Shown: positions 48,966-60,249, counted from the first letter of the stretch. The stretch is DNA of 64,000 nucleotides from Verrucomicrobiales bacterium (GCA_046075565.1 JBJTQJ010000082.1:40369-104368); one strand, 5' to 3'. The notes: generated by a model not told the origin, from the sequence alone. Translations and numbers: made by a program.

Positions 48966-49724
48966 ATGCTACTGGTGGTCGACAACTCGAATCACACGAC
49001 AAAGCTGGCCATCGCCGGGGAGGGCGGCTGGATCGAGGGTTCGCGTCGCAGCCTGCCCAGCGCCGGACTAACGCCCCGGGACATTCGCAAAGCGCTACCC
49101 ACCTCACCCGGTATCCGCGCCGTGGCTTGGGCCTCGGTCACTCGAGAAGGGCCCGAGGTTCTGCAAGCTCTCGCCCGCGAGCTGGGGATGGAGTCTATTG
49201 CGGTGTCGCCCGCATCGGCTCCTTTGGATTTTTCCGGCTACCCCGCTCCGGAGTCCATCGGGCCAGACCGCCTGGCCAATACCTTGGCGGCGGCGGCACG
49301 TTTCCCCGGGCAAGCCGTCATCGCCATTGATGCAGGCACGGCCATCACTTTCAGTGTCGCCCGACCCGGAAAAACAGACCGACCGGTTTTTCTTGGTGGA
49401 GCGATTGCGCCGGGCCTCGGTGTAATGGCCGCATGGACCGCCGGACGCACCGCCCGATTGCCGGTGATCGACTTCCCGGCGACCGCTCCGGAGCCCATCG
49501 GAGCCGGGACCAACGAGGCCTTGGCGGCAGCTTCGTGGTTCGGAGCGAAAGGGATGGTTCGGGAGATTCTCTCCAAACAAATGCAGAGACTCGGCGGCAC
49601 GGCGAAGGTCATCGTGACCGGCTCGGACGGAGAACGGGTTTGCGGCTGGCTGGGCGCATCGGCGGTTTTTGATCCCTGGCTCACGCTTGAAGGCATACGG
49701 ATTTGTGGATCGATCGGTCATTGA
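48966..49724 (+). CDS. coaX: Type III pantothenate kinase
   Basis: IGPDR, IDAGTAIT, GGAIAPGL, LTLEG. Confidence 0.9.
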   Translation: MLLVVDNSNHTTKLAIAGEGGWIEGSRRSLPSAGLTPRDIRKALPTSPGIRAVAWASVTREGPEVLQALARELGMESIAVSPASAPLDFSGYPAPESIGPDRLANTLAAAARFPGQAVIAIDAGTAITFSVARPGKTDRPVFLGGAIAPGLGVMAAWTAGRTARLPVIDFPATAPEPIGAGTNEALAAASWFGAKGMVREILSKQMQRLGGTAKVIVTGSDGERVCGWLGASAVFDPWLTLEGIRICGSIGH

Positions 49725-49786
49725 GCCGCCAACCTGTCGCATCTTCTTCTTGAAGCTCTGGCTGGTCCGGCGCACGCTAGTCAACT

Positions 49787-50740
49787 ATGAAAGCAATCGG
49801 CGTAGATTTCGGTGGAACCACCGTAAAAATCGGACTTTGTGTAGATGACCAGCTCTTGGACAAGCCGGGCATTATTCCCACCCATGAGCACGAGACCGCC
49901 GAAGAGTTGATCGATGCCATCTCCAGTCATGCCGACAGCCTCCGTGCGGCACACCCCGACATCACGGCCCTCGGGGTTGGGGTGCCTGGATTTGTGGATT
50001 TCGCAAAAGGTTACACCCACAAACTCACCAATGTTCACGGCTGGGACGGCGTGCCGTTGCGCGATCTCCTCGCCGAACGCCTTGGCCTCATCGTTGCCGT
50101 GGACAATGATGCCAACTGCATGGCCTACGCCGAATGGCGGGCGGGGGCCGGACAAGGCTCCACGAATATGCTCGCCATCACGCTTGGGACCGGCGTGGGC
50201 GGTGGTTTGATCCTGAATGGCCGCATGCACCGCGGGGCATCCTCCGGTGCCGGCGAAGTCGGGCAAATGTCCATCCATTGGGAAGGACGCACGGGCGTCT
50301 ATAACAACCGGGGCTGCCTCGAACAATACATCGGCCATCGCCAGATCACCCAACACGCGCACGAAATCTACAAGGCGGCTGGCATCGATCGCGATCGTGA
50401 AGAATGTGACCCTGCCAAATTAGCCCAAGCCGCCCACTCCGGCGACAGGGTTGCTCTCGGGGTGTGGGATGATGTCGCGCGTATGCTTGCCTGCGAACTC
50501 TGCAATGTCTGCTGGCTGGTCAGCCCCGACACGATTGTTATCGGCGGCGGTATCGCCGGGGCAGAAGACGTGCTTTTTGATCCGCTCCGCAAACACATGC
50601 AGGGTCAGCTTCATCCCGTCTTCTGGGAAAGCTTGCGCCTTGTGCCGGCTCATTTCGGGAACGAAGCCGGAATCATCGGTGCGGCACGCCTTGCCCTAGA
50701 TCAAGTTGACCAAACGCCTCCGACCGCCGCGCAGGGTTGA
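49787..50740 (+). CDS. ROK family sugar kinase
   Basis: DFGGT, DNDANC, LGTGVGGG, GEVGQ, GCLE. Confidence 0.92.
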   Translation: MKAIGVDFGGTTVKIGLCVDDQLLDKPGIIPTHEHETAEELIDAISSHADSLRAAHPDITALGVGVPGFVDFAKGYTHKLTNVHGWDGVPLRDLLAERLGLIVAVDNDANCMAYAEWRAGAGQGSTNMLAITLGTGVGGGLILNGRMHRGASSGAGEVGQMSIHWEGRTGVYNNRGCLEQYIGHRQITQHAHEIYKAAGIDRDREECDPAKLAQAAHSGDRVALGVWDDVARMLACELCNVCWLVSPDTIVIGGGIAGAEDVLFDPLRKHMQGQLHPVFWESLRLVPAHFGNEAGIIGAARLALDQVDQTPPTAAQG

Positions 50741-51141
50741 AGAGCGAATCGATAGCAGATGCCACGGCCATGACTCCGAATCCCGAAAATGCCAGCACGC
50801 AAATCCCCGCCTCCGTGAAACGGGTGGGAATGGTCGTCGAACTTCGACCCGAACACATGGCCGAGTATCGCCGTTTGCACGCGGACGGTCATCCAGGTGT
50901 GCGCGACCTCTTATCAAAATACCATCTGCGCAACTTCTCCATTTTTCTGCACCAAGTCGCAGGGCACTGGCTGGAGTTCGGCTACTACGAATACCACGGG
51001 GAAGATTTCGACGCCGACATGGCCGCGTTGGCGGCAGAACCACGCAATCAGGAATGGCTCGTGCGTTGCAACCCGATGCAGGCTCCCCTCGAAGGCGAAA
51101 CCGGCTGGGCGACCATGGAGCAGATGTATTTCAATCCGTGA
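50737..51141 (+). CDS. rhaM: L-rhamnose mutarotase
   Basis: EYRRLH, NFSIFL, YYEY..DF..DM; start uncertain. Confidence 0.82.
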   Translation: MKSESIADATAMTPNPENASTQIPASVKRVGMVVELRPEHMAEYRRLHADGHPGVRDLLSKYHLRNFSIFLHQVAGHWLEFGYYEYHGEDFDADMAALAAEPRNQEWLVRCNPMQAPLEGETGWATMEQMYFNP

Positions 51142-51290
51142 GAGTTGGATTAGGGATTGGCGCAAAAGCGTTGGAAAGAAACGCAATCGCGTAGGCGCTT
51201 TTTGAAAGAAGCGCCCGTCCTATTGGCTTAAAAATGGACGGTTGCCCGTTCCCCCTCCCGATGATGTCTAACATGCTTCTCTCTCGCCCC

Positions 51291-53477
51291 ATGAAGTCCT
51301 TGCCGCTCCTTGCCGCGTTGGCGCTCTTTCCTGCCTGCCTAGGCGCCGCCAACCACATCCATGTCTCGCCCGCTGGCAAAGACACCCATTCGGGTGCCGA
51401 GGATAGTCCGCTGGCCAGTCCGCACGCCGCCCGCGAAATGGCACGGAAAATCATTGCCAAAGGGCTCACGGAACCGGTGGAAATTGTTTTCGCGGCGGGC
51501 ACCTACAGGCTGGATTCGCCTCTCGAACTCCGCCCCGAAGACTCGGGCACGGAGACATTCCCGGTCACTTGGAAGGCCGCGCCCGGCACAAAGGTGTTGT
51601 GGACCGGAGGGATAGAAATCCCGGCGAAGTGGAGCAAGGGCGAGAACGGCCTCTGGCAGGTCGATCTCAAGGGCGTTGGTCCGGCCGATTGGAATTTCCG
51701 CCAATTGTTCGTGGATGGGAAACGGATGAACCGCGCGCGTTTTCCGAATGCCGATGCACAGAACCCCTTCCTCTATGCGACCGGCGGCGACCTTGAACAT
51801 GCCATCATCGCCCCCAAGTTGGTCAAAGAAAGTTGGGGCAAGGCCAAAGACGCGCAGATCAATATTGTGCCCCAATGGAGGTTCTTCAATCAATGGAATA
51901 CGGTGACCAAAGTTGATCCGGCAACCGGCCGCATCGACATCGCCGACAGCGAACGCCACGCCAAGGTTATTCCTGGCAACTGGTTCTGGATTGAAGGCGT
52001 GAAGGAGGAATTGGATCAAGCGGGCGAATGGTTTTTCGATGCGGAGAAACGCGTCCTCCACTTCATGCCACCCCCGGGTGTGGATCCGAACACGCTGAAG
52101 ATTGTCGCGCCTGTCCTCAACCGTCTGGTCCATGCCCAAGGCGATGTGAATGCCGGAACCCATGTCCAGCACGTGCACTTCGATGGCATCGAATTCCGCC
52201 ACACGTCCTTCACCCTCGGCCACATCGAGGCCCGGGTCCACACCGACACCGTCCTCTTCTTCGAGAACACGCTCGATTGTTCCGTGCGCAACTGCCATTT
52301 CGAAAACATCGGCGGTTACGCGCTCTGGTTGCATCTCGACAGCCGTCGTAACAAGTTTGATCGCAACACGGTGCGTGATTCGGGTGGCGGCGGTGTGCTC
52401 TTGACCGGAGCCCGCTTGTCCTACATGGACGACACGAAGATCTACACGCCCGGCGAGGCGGCCGCCAAGGTGGCGCCCATTCTCAATGAGATCACCCGCA
52501 ATGCCGTTGAACATTGCGGCAAGATTCGCTACTACGGCGGCGGCGTGCATCTCGATTCGAGACCGTTCTCCATGTCGATGGAGCCCGGAAATCTGATTTC
52601 CCACAACTATTTCAACGACCTTTCCCGCAATGGTGTGTTCGCCTTCCGCAACCAGGGGGGCAACGTGGTCGAATACAACCACATCCACAACGCAATGCAG
52701 ACAACCATCGATGGAGCTTGCATCCACTTCGCCACCATGAACCATCTCAACGCGCCGAATTTCATCCTCAACAACTGGCTCTACGATGCCTGGGGCTACG
52801 AGCAGAAACCGGACGGCAAGCCGATTCGCAAACTTGGCAACGGTATCTTCCTCGACTGGGACACCAGCAACACAACCGTGCGTGACAACTGGGTCTACAA
52901 CTCCGTCGGCGGCGCCATCAAGCCAATCTGGAACAACCAGAACCTGGTCATTGAGAACAACCGCGAATCGGACGTGCGCATCGTGCCACCCTTCGAAAAG
53001 GATCTGGGACAGGATGGCAAGCTGACCAATGGGATCGACCTCGAATCCAACCGCCTTACCGGAAGCGTGATCCACTACAAGGACGACAAATACGTGAAGA
53101 CGACCGGGAACTGGGAGCCAAAGAATGTCCAAGGCATGTGGGGGCTCTTCTCCTTCAACTATCTGGTGGGCACGGCGAACCCGCCATCCGAAGCCATTTA
53201 TACCCTCCCGATTCCCGAAGATGGAGTCTATCAGATTTCCTTGCTCTATGCGGCTGGCAAAGGCCTGGCCACGAATGTGCCCATCACCATCCAACGCGCC
53301 GAAGGCAAAGCGGAAGTGAAGTGGGATATGACCAAAGGTTCCCGCCACGGCTTTTCCGTGGAGATTGGAAGACACCGCTTCGAGAAGGGCAAACCGAGCA
53401 CTGTGACCATTTCTACCCGCGGAACCAAAGGCAATGTCATCGCCGATGGCGTGGCTTTCGTGAAAGTAAGCGAGTGA
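51291..53477 (+). CDS. Secreted right-handed beta-helix protein (GH141-like) with C-terminal Golvesin/Xly CBD-like domain
   Basis: Signal peptide; RQLFVDG..RARFPN, LDQAGEWFFD, GIFLD; terminal VIADGVAF. Confidence 0.75.
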   Translation: MKSLPLLAALALFPACLGAANHIHVSPAGKDTHSGAEDSPLASPHAAREMARKIIAKGLTEPVEIVFAAGTYRLDSPLELRPEDSGTETFPVTWKAAPGTKVLWTGGIEIPAKWSKGENGLWQVDLKGVGPADWNFRQLFVDGKRMNRARFPNADAQNPFLYATGGDLEHAIIAPKLVKESWGKAKDAQINIVPQWRFFNQWNTVTKVDPATGRIDIADSERHAKVIPGNWFWIEGVKEELDQAGEWFFDAEKRVLHFMPPPGVDPNTLKIVAPVLNRLVHAQGDVNAGTHVQHVHFDGIEFRHTSFTLGHIEARVHTDTVLFFENTLDCSVRNCHFENIGGYALWLHLDSRRNKFDRNTVRDSGGGGVLLTGARLSYMDDTKIYTPGEAAAKVAPILNEITRNAVEHCGKIRYYGGGVHLDSRPFSMSMEPGNLISHNYFNDLSRNGVFAFRNQGGNVVEYNHIHNAMQTTIDGACIHFATMNHLNAPNFILNNWLYDAWGYEQKPDGKPIRKLGNGIFLDWDTSNTTVRDNWVYNSVGGAIKPIWNNQNLVIENNRESDVRIVPPFEKDLGQDGKLTNGIDLESNRLTGSVIHYKDDKYVKTTGNWEPKNVQGMWGLFSFNYLVGTANPPSEAIYTLPIPEDGVYQISLLYAAGKGLATNVPITIQRAEGKAEVKWDMTKGSRHGFSVEIGRHRFEKGKPSTVTISTRGTKGNVIADGVAFVKVSE

Positions 53478-53506
53478 GGGTGAGGCGAGCCTGAGGCCGG
53501 CGGGAT

Positions 53507-56247
53507 TTGGTGAATAGCCGGGGGCCTTTCCGCCGTAGAATCAGCAATCCGTTGTTGATCCATGTTTTCCGCCCCATTCTCCCGCTTGTCTGCTGCTTAC
53601 AACTCATTCTTCCGGTTTTCGCATCCGCGGCTTCCGCTCAATCGCCCGCGCCTGTCGCCCTTCGCTGCGAATACCTGCCCGAACCGCTGGGAGTAGAAAC
53701 GAAGGCCCCGCGCTTTTCCTGGAAACTCCAGAGCCCGGACGGTGTGCGGGGACACAAACAGACGGCATGGCAGATACTCGTGGCCAGTGATCGCGCCAAG
53801 CTCGATCGCTACGAAGGGGATCTGTGGGACAGCGGGAAAATCGAATCCGATCAATCGGTCCTGATTCCCTACCAAAGCAAACCTTTGCTCTCGAGTATGG
53901 AATGCCACTGGAAGGTCAAGATCCACGATGAGAACAAGGCGGCAACGTAGTGGAGCAAGCCGGCGCGTTTTTCCATGGGAGTGTTGAAGAAGGATGACTG
54001 GCGTGGATCATGGATCCAGCACCCTGACGCAGCCAAGGACAAACATATCTGGTTTCGCAAATCACTGACATTGGAGCAGGAGGTGAAATCCGCTTTTCTT
54101 CATGTGGCCAGTTTGGGCTACCATGAGGTTTATCTGAACGGCACAAAGGTGGACGACCGCCTGCTCGCACCGGCTGCGTCACGCCTCGACAAGCGGGTGT
54201 TATATGTCACTTACGACATCGGGCCTTTGCTCAAGAACGGCGAGAATGCCGTCGCGATCTGGCAAGGTCCGGGCCGGGCTCGGCTTCCGGAATTCAAAAC
54301 CACTTCGGCAGTGCGAGTTCAAATGGAGGCGCTTACCAAAGACGGAAAACCTATTTCCCTGTCTTCGGATCAAACATGGCGCAGCCAGATCAGCTCGTGT
54401 GAAACCATCGGCGGCGCCAAATACAAAGACTTCGGGGGAGAACGCATCGATGCCCGCCAATTCATCGCGGATTGGGCTGCGGCGGGATTCGACGATTCGG
54501 CATGGCCGCAGGCAAAAGAAGTAGACATCAATGTGAGCTTGTCGGCCCAGATGATCGAACCAACCCGGATTATCAAAAACCTTCCGGCCAAAAAAATCTC
54601 CAAGCGGGAAAATGGATATCGGGTCGATCTGGGGGGAAACTTCTCCGGTTGGGTTGAGGTCAAAATGCACAATCTCTCTTCCGGAGACCGCGTGATTATC
54701 CAAACCTCCGATGACCAAAAGACCTTACAAGACTTCGGTCAAAAGAGCGAATACATCGCACGCGGGGAAAAGGTGGAAACCTTCCGCCATCGCTTCAATT
54801 ATATGTGCGGGCGATACCTGCACATCCAAGGTCTCAATAAAGAGCCCGCGCTCGCCGACATCACGGGCTATGCCCTGAGCACCGATGTCCCGAAAACAGG
54901 TGGGTTCTCCTCCTCCAGCGATTTGTTCAACCGCATCCATGCCGTCGACTTGTGGACATGGCGGGCCAATCTTGTCGAGGGCTTTACGATGGATTGCCCG
55001 CACCGCGAGCGTCTAGGTTATGGGGAAGTCGCTCTGGCCTGCGGCTGGGGCATTGCGCTGCCGTTCTACGAAACCGGGGCCTATCATACCAAACTCGTGC
55101 GCGACTGGGTGGATGTGCAGAATAAGGACGGATTTTTTCCCTTTGTCGCGCCCCAGGTCAAAGACACCTACGGCGGCCCCTTGTGGAGTAGCGCCGGCTT
55201 GAACATGGCGTGGGAGCTATACATCAACACCGGGGACACCCGTGTGCTCGAGGTCATCTACGAACCCGCGAAAAATGGCTCGGTTTCCTTCACTCGAAAA
55301 CTTCCGACGGGCTCCTACAACCCACCCACAGTCATTGGGGAAAATTCCTAGGGGATTGGGCGGCACCGGGCGGCCGGAAGGAGCGGGGCGATTCGCCGGA
55401 AGCGAAGTTCTTCAACAATTGCGTTTATGCCCTCAATCTGGAAGAAGTGATCGAAATCGCCAAGGTGCTCGGCAAACCAGAGGATGCCGCATCTTATGCA
55501 ACGCGTTTGCAGGAGCTGCGGAAGAACATCCACACCGCCTATTTTGATGCCGCGAAAAATTTCTATGCCAACGGAACCCATGTCCAGCTTGCCTTTGCCC
55601 TGCTCACTGGCGTGGTCCCCGCGGAGCTGCGCGGGGCCGTGGCAGAGAGTTTGAAGAAGGAACTCGCCGCCAAAGCCTATCTCGACATGGGAAGCTCCGG
55701 GCTGCCGGTGCTTCTGACATACGTGACCGAGAATGGAGACATGGGGAAACAATTGTATCCGCAACTTTCCCGTAAGGAGTCACCGGGCTACGGCCACTTC
55801 GTCCAAATGGGAGAAACCACCTGGCCGGAGTATTGGGAAGTCGATGTCCCGAGCAAGGTCAACACTTGCTACACCGGTATATCCGGATGGTTCATCAAGA
55901 GTGTGGCCGGCATTCGTCCAGATCCCGCGAAACCGGGATACCAGTCCTTCCTCATCAAACCCATGATCGGTGGCGACCTGACTTTTGCCGAAGGCACCAG
56001 CGAGTCGGTCTACGGCACCATCACCAGTCGATGGGAGAAACAGGGCAAGTCGCTGGATATGAAAGTGACCATTCCCGCCAATTCGAGCGCCATCGTGCAT
56101 GTGCCGGGATCCGATGCCGCGAAAAGTAAGGAAAGCGGGAAACCAGCCGCCGACGCCAAGGGCGTCAAGGTCATGGCGATAAAGGATGGATATGCGATCC
56201 TCGAGGTGCACTCGGGGTCCTACCATTTCCAATCGACTGCGGAGTAA
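53507..56247 (+). pseudogene. Alpha-L-rhamnosidase (GH78), disrupted
   Basis: LRCEY..PLG..PRFSW, DCPHRERLG, GDW, GETTW.EYW, VTIPAN; in-frame TAG at 53948-53950 and frameshift at A5 run 55271-55275. Confidence 0.88.
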
Positions 56248-56277
56248 CAGATCAGGCGCCCGCTGCGGGCTCACATC

Positions 56278-56886
56278 TCACTGACCCATTTGTTTGTAAC
56301 CGGCGGGTGGCGTGAAAACCTTGTCGTCCACCGCCTCTTCTTTCAGCGAAACCAGCGTCGAGACATAAGTGATGCCACCGGCCTTGGTTTCGGTCTTGAT
56401 GGCCATACCGGGCAGGTCGGGTTGTTCGGCCGCGGCCGGGCCACCCATCTTCTTGAGTGCTGCCAGCTCGGTCTTCAGTTTGTCGTAACCGGGGTAATCC
56501 TTGGCAACCCACATTTTTGCTTCTGTTCCTTGATTGTTCAGCGTGTAAATCTCGCACTCATAGTCTCCCACCTTTTCCGTTTTCCCCGTGGCCACGGGTT
56601 TGGGGATTTCGGGTTTGGCTCCCGCCGCCGCCGTTTGGGCAGCTTTCATGACACTTCCGTCCATCTTCATGGTCATTTTCCGTTCGTGCATGAGTGATAT
56701 CATGTTCCCCGTTTCCGTATCAATAATAATGGAGGTTTTGTCGCCGACATCGGTGCGGACCATTTTGCCCTTGATCGACATGACGGTTTTGGATTTCACC
56801 TCACCCATGGCGGTTTCTTGCACCATGACGAGGTCGGCGTGGGTAACGGCGGTGGCAAGCAGTAGAAAGAAGGCGGTGTTTTTCAT
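56278..56886 (-). CDS. DUF4412-like exported protein
   Basis: Signal peptide; TGKTEKVGDYECEIY, F.PPAGY C-terminus. Confidence 0.75.
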   Translation of the reverse strand: MKNTAFFLLLATAVTHADLVMVQETAMGEVKSKTVMSIKGKMVRTDVGDKTSIIIDTETGNMISLMHERKMTMKMDGSVMKAAQTAAAGAKPEIPKPVATGKTEKVGDYECEIYTLNNQGTEAKMWVAKDYPGYDKLKTELAALKKMGGPAAAEQPDLPGMAIKTETKAGGITYVSTLVSLKEEAVDDKVFTPPAGYKQMGQ

Positions 56887-57041
56887 ATCCGCGATTCTGC
56901 CGAGTCCATCGATTAACCGCAAGAAAATTTATCGACATTTTCCCCGGTCCGGGTGGACAGAAGCGAATTGCCGTGGAGGAATCAGCTACCTCCCGTGGAG
57001 AAATACTAGCGGGCTAGCGGGTTCTACGCGATGATTCCGGC

Positions 57042-57821
57042 ATGGCCATTGATCCGATTGGTTTGGTGAACGCACCCGGTTGGCGGGTCGAGGTTTTGGA
57101 AGAAACGATCTCCACCAACGCGGTGGCCATGGAGCGCGCTGCGGGTGGCGAGACGGATGGATATGCCGTGATTGCCAACCACCAGGTGGGAGGACGGGGT
57201 CGGCGCGGCAATCGTTGGGAATCTCCTCCGGGTTCCGCTCTTTTGCTCTCGGCCTTGTTGCGGCCGGAAACCCAGCTCTCGCGTTGGCCCAGGGTGGCGG
57301 TCGCCGCGGCGGTTGCGGTTTGCCGGGCCATCGCAGAAACGACCTCCCTCGTTCCGTCGGTGAAATGGCCGAATGACATCCTCTTGGGCACACACAAGGT
57401 CGCGGGAATTCTCATCGAATCCCGGGCTCCCGGAGCCGGATCCCATGGCTGGCTGGTCGTCGGGATCGGGATCAATGTCCACACGCGTGAATTTCCGCTC
57501 ACCCTGCGTTATCCGGCGACATCACTGGCCCTGGCCGCGGGGCACGCACCGGCGCGGGCCCAACTCGCCGCCGCGCTGCTCTCGGCCTTACGCGAGGAAT
57601 CGGATCGCGCATTCTCGGACGAAGGGTGGCCGGAAACCCGTACGGCATTCGCCGCCTTCGACGGCCTGAAAGGACGAAGGATCCGCGCCGAACAGAACGG
57701 GGTCATTGCCGAAGGTCTTGCCCATGGTATCGACGAGGAGGGAGGCTTGATCCTTCTGGCGGGCGACGGTTCAAGTTCGGTGGTCTTGCGCGACGCCCAT
57801 TCGATCACACCGCTCGACTGA
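57042..57821 (+). CDS. birA: Biotin--protein ligase (group I, no HTH)
   Basis: STN, GRGRRGNRWES, KWPND, KVAGIL, GIGINV. Confidence 0.93.
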   Translation: MAIDPIGLVNAPGWRVEVLEETISTNAVAMERAAGGETDGYAVIANHQVGGRGRRGNRWESPPGSALLLSALLRPETQLSRWPRVAVAAAVAVCRAIAETTSLVPSVKWPNDILLGTHKVAGILIESRAPGAGSHGWLVVGIGINVHTREFPLTLRYPATSLALAAGHAPARAQLAAALLSALREESDRAFSDEGWPETRTAFAAFDGLKGRRIRAEQNGVIAEGLAHGIDEEGGLILLAGDGSSSVVLRDAHSITPLD

Positions 57822-57872
57822 CAGAACCGGAACAATGCACCCCGGGTTTCCCAAACACGTGTATGTCACCAA

Positions 57873-58871
57873 TCAGGGTAAAACCCCGAGGTTCGCGAGC
57901 AAACATCCGATGAGCGGAGTCGGGATGTAGAGGGTGGCCGTGCCGGTGTTGCCAACAGTGGCGTTGTTGACGACGACACCCGCGTTGATGGCGCGAAGGT
58001 CCCTGATAGCGGTGGCGGAGTCCTTGCGGGTGGCGTGAATGAAGTCGGCCACGGGATAGGCACCGAGACTTCTCCAGTCCTTCGTGCGTGGCGCCCAGTG
58101 TTCTTTTTCCGCATTCAATTGCAAGGCGACGACCTGATCGGCACGATCGATCACCAGGGTCAGGGAGTCGTAGATGCCCGCGCGCACATCGTAGATGCGA
58201 AGGGAAAGCCCGTTGGGAAAACCCGAAGTCACCCGTTCCGAGGTTCTGGCGACCGGAACTTTCTTGAAGAGCGCTTTTTCCGCTTCCTCGACCGGCATGA
58301 GCCATGAGATCGACGTCATGGTGGCGTGGTTATCCATCATGCTGCCCTGATAAACGACCATCTTCGGGTTCTCCGCGCGCTCCGCTTTGGCTTCCGCGTA
58401 ACCCGTGAGGATTCGCTTCAAACTCTTGCGGAACTCGAGCTGGCCTTCATCAGCTTTGTCCAGATCCATCGGCAGGTCGGCGAGGCCGCGTTTGAAGAGC
58501 GGCGCGCCTACGGCAACCTTGGTTCCGGCGGCATTGCTGGCCTCGAAATCCTTCGTATCGGCCTTGAAGCGCAGGGACACCCCCACCTTATCCTTGTTCA
58601 GAATATGAACAACCCCCGTCTCGTTCTCGGGCTGACTCCATTTGCCGCGGAAGGAAGATCGAAATCCATTCATCGCGCGGAAGGTGCCATCTTCGTCGAA
58701 GTAAACAGCCGACCACGGCATCGAATTCTCAAACGCGCTTTCCGATTGCCAGCGCCAGCGGTTTTCAACGAGAGACTTTCGCAGCGAAGCCTGATCGGCA
58801 TGCACCATCGTGATGGCCAGGAGAAAGAGGATGACGCTGCCGCGGAAGATGTTCGGGCGTGGATTCATCAT
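57873..58871 (-). CDS. Hypothetical secreted protein (start may be 58916)
   Basis: Signal-like SVILFLLAITMVHA; long ORF downstream of rsmA. Confidence 0.65.
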   Translation of the reverse strand: MMNPRPNIFRGSVILFLLAITMVHADQASLRKSLVENRWRWQSESAFENSMPWSAVYFDEDGTFRAMNGFRSSFRGKWSQPENETGVVHILNKDKVGVSLRFKADTKDFEASNAAGTKVAVGAPLFKRGLADLPMDLDKADEGQLEFRKSLKRILTGYAEAKAERAENPKMVVYQGSMMDNHATMTSISWLMPVEEAEKALFKKVPVARTSERVTSGFPNGLSLRIYDVRAGIYDSLTLVIDRADQVVALQLNAEKEHWAPRTKDWRSLGAYPVADFIHATRKDSATAIRDLRAINAGVVVNNATVGNTGTATLYIPTPLIGCLLANLGVLP

Positions 58872-58902
58872 TTGTCCATATACAATGCGGCCGACCAATT
58901 CG

Positions 58903-60249
58903 TCAATGGTTTTCATTATCCTTGTATCGACTCCAGCACTCGAGAAAGCCAGATGCGAAGTCCTGCGGTCTGTCTTGCAGCCATGGTTCAAGATCGCGGG
59001 GGTGAATCCAGAGACCGGATTCGATTTCCGCACAGGGGAATTTTGGATTTCCGTTCCAATCGGTGTGGTAGAGGCGCACGAATTCCCAGCCCGTATTCGG
59101 GCAGGCATGGATGTAGGCGACGCGGCGGGCGTTCGCCCCGGTGATGCCGAGTTCCTCTTCAAGTTCGCGGATGGCGCAGGCATCGTAGTCCTCCCCGCTG
59201 TCGAGATGACCGGAAGCACTGCTATCCCACACACCAGGATGTTTGTCCTTCAGGCGGGAGCGTTTCTGCAGAAAGATTTCGCCATATTTATTCCAGACAA
59301 AAACATGCACGGCGCGATGTAACAAGTCGCGAGCATGAACATCGGCCCGGCGTTCGCGGCCGATCACCTGATCGTTCTGATCAACGACATCGAAGATTTC
59401 ATCATCTTTTTGTGGAAGATCCATGAGCGGGTGTGGATCCAACTCGCGGGTGAGGTTGATCCATTGCGCGACGGAGAGTTGCTCGGCGCGCACCGTGGCG
59501 GGGACATCGAGATGTGCGGCAATTTCCGACCAGGGCCTTGTGCCGTCGGGCAATTGTTTGTGCAGTTGTTTCCGGCGTTGTCCGAATCCCCGGCGCAACA
59601 AGGTATCGAGCAGGCGCGCATCGAAAGACGGAAAGGCACGCTCCGGCAACGGCGACAGCATGGCCACCGTCGAATCGATTTTCGGGCGCGGGTTGAAAGC
59701 CGTCGGCGGCACGTCGAAAAAACGCGACATTTTCCACTCGCTCTGCAGCCTGACCGAGAGCACGCCGTAATCTTTGCCGCCCGGTTCGGCCAACATGCGG
59801 TCGATGAATTCCTTCTGCAACATCACCACACCGATGGAGACGGGTGTCGGTCGGGTGAAGAAATTTTTCAGGATGGCCCCGCCAGCGGAATAAGGGAGGT
59901 TGCCGATGAACTTGATCGGTCCTTCCCGGTAGAATGGACGCAGATCAAAACGCGCGGCATCGGCGAAGATGACCTCCACACCGTCCCGGCCGCGCATTTC
60001 ATCCCGCAGGTGTTCGGCCAGACGGGCGTCAAATTCCACAAGCACGAGCCGTCGGACCCGGCCGACGAGATGACGCGTCAGCGCACCCGTTCCCGGTCCG
60101 ACTTCGATCACGCAGTCTTCCGGCTGCGGATCGATGGCATTCGCGATATTCCGGGCGACGTCCTCATCGGTAAGGAAGTTCTGCCCGAGCTGGCGGCTCG
60201 GACGGACTCCCGTGTCTTCGAGGACCCGGCGAATATCACTTCGATTCAT
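58903..60249 (-). CDS. rsmA: 16S rRNA dimethyltransferase RsmA fused to a C-terminal NUDIX domain
   Basis: LGQNFL, EVGPGTGALT, GNLPY, QRRK; then GHLDSGEDYDACAIRELEEELG Nudix box. Confidence 0.93.
   Translation of the reverse strand: MNRSDIRRVLEDTGVRPSRQLGQNFLTDEDVARNIANAIDPQPEDCVIEVGPGTGALTRHLVGRVRRLVLVEFDARLAEHLRDEMRGRDGVEVIFADAARFDLRPFYREGPIKFIGNLPYSAGGAILKNFFTRPTPVSIGVVMLQKEFIDRMLAEPGGKDYGVLSVRLQSEWKMSRFFDVPPTAFNPRPKIDSTVAMLSPLPERAFPSFDARLLDTLLRRGFGQRRKQLHKQLPDGTRPWSEIAAHLDVPATVRAEQLSVAQWINLTRELDPHPLMDLPQKDDEIFDVVDQNDQVIGRERRADVHARDLLHRAVHVFVWNKYGEIFLQKRSRLKDKHPGVWDSSASGHLDSGEDYDACAIRELEEELGITGANARRVAYIHACPNTGWEFVRLYHTDWNGNPKFPCAEIESGLWIHPRDLEPWLQDRPQDFASGFLECWSRYKDNENH

Noticed and set aside
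53948-53950. Pyrrolysine or programmed amber readthrough in GH78
   Set aside because: No pyl genes seen, TAG is used as a normal stop elsewhere (e.g. lpxA), and a second frameshift breaks the same gene.
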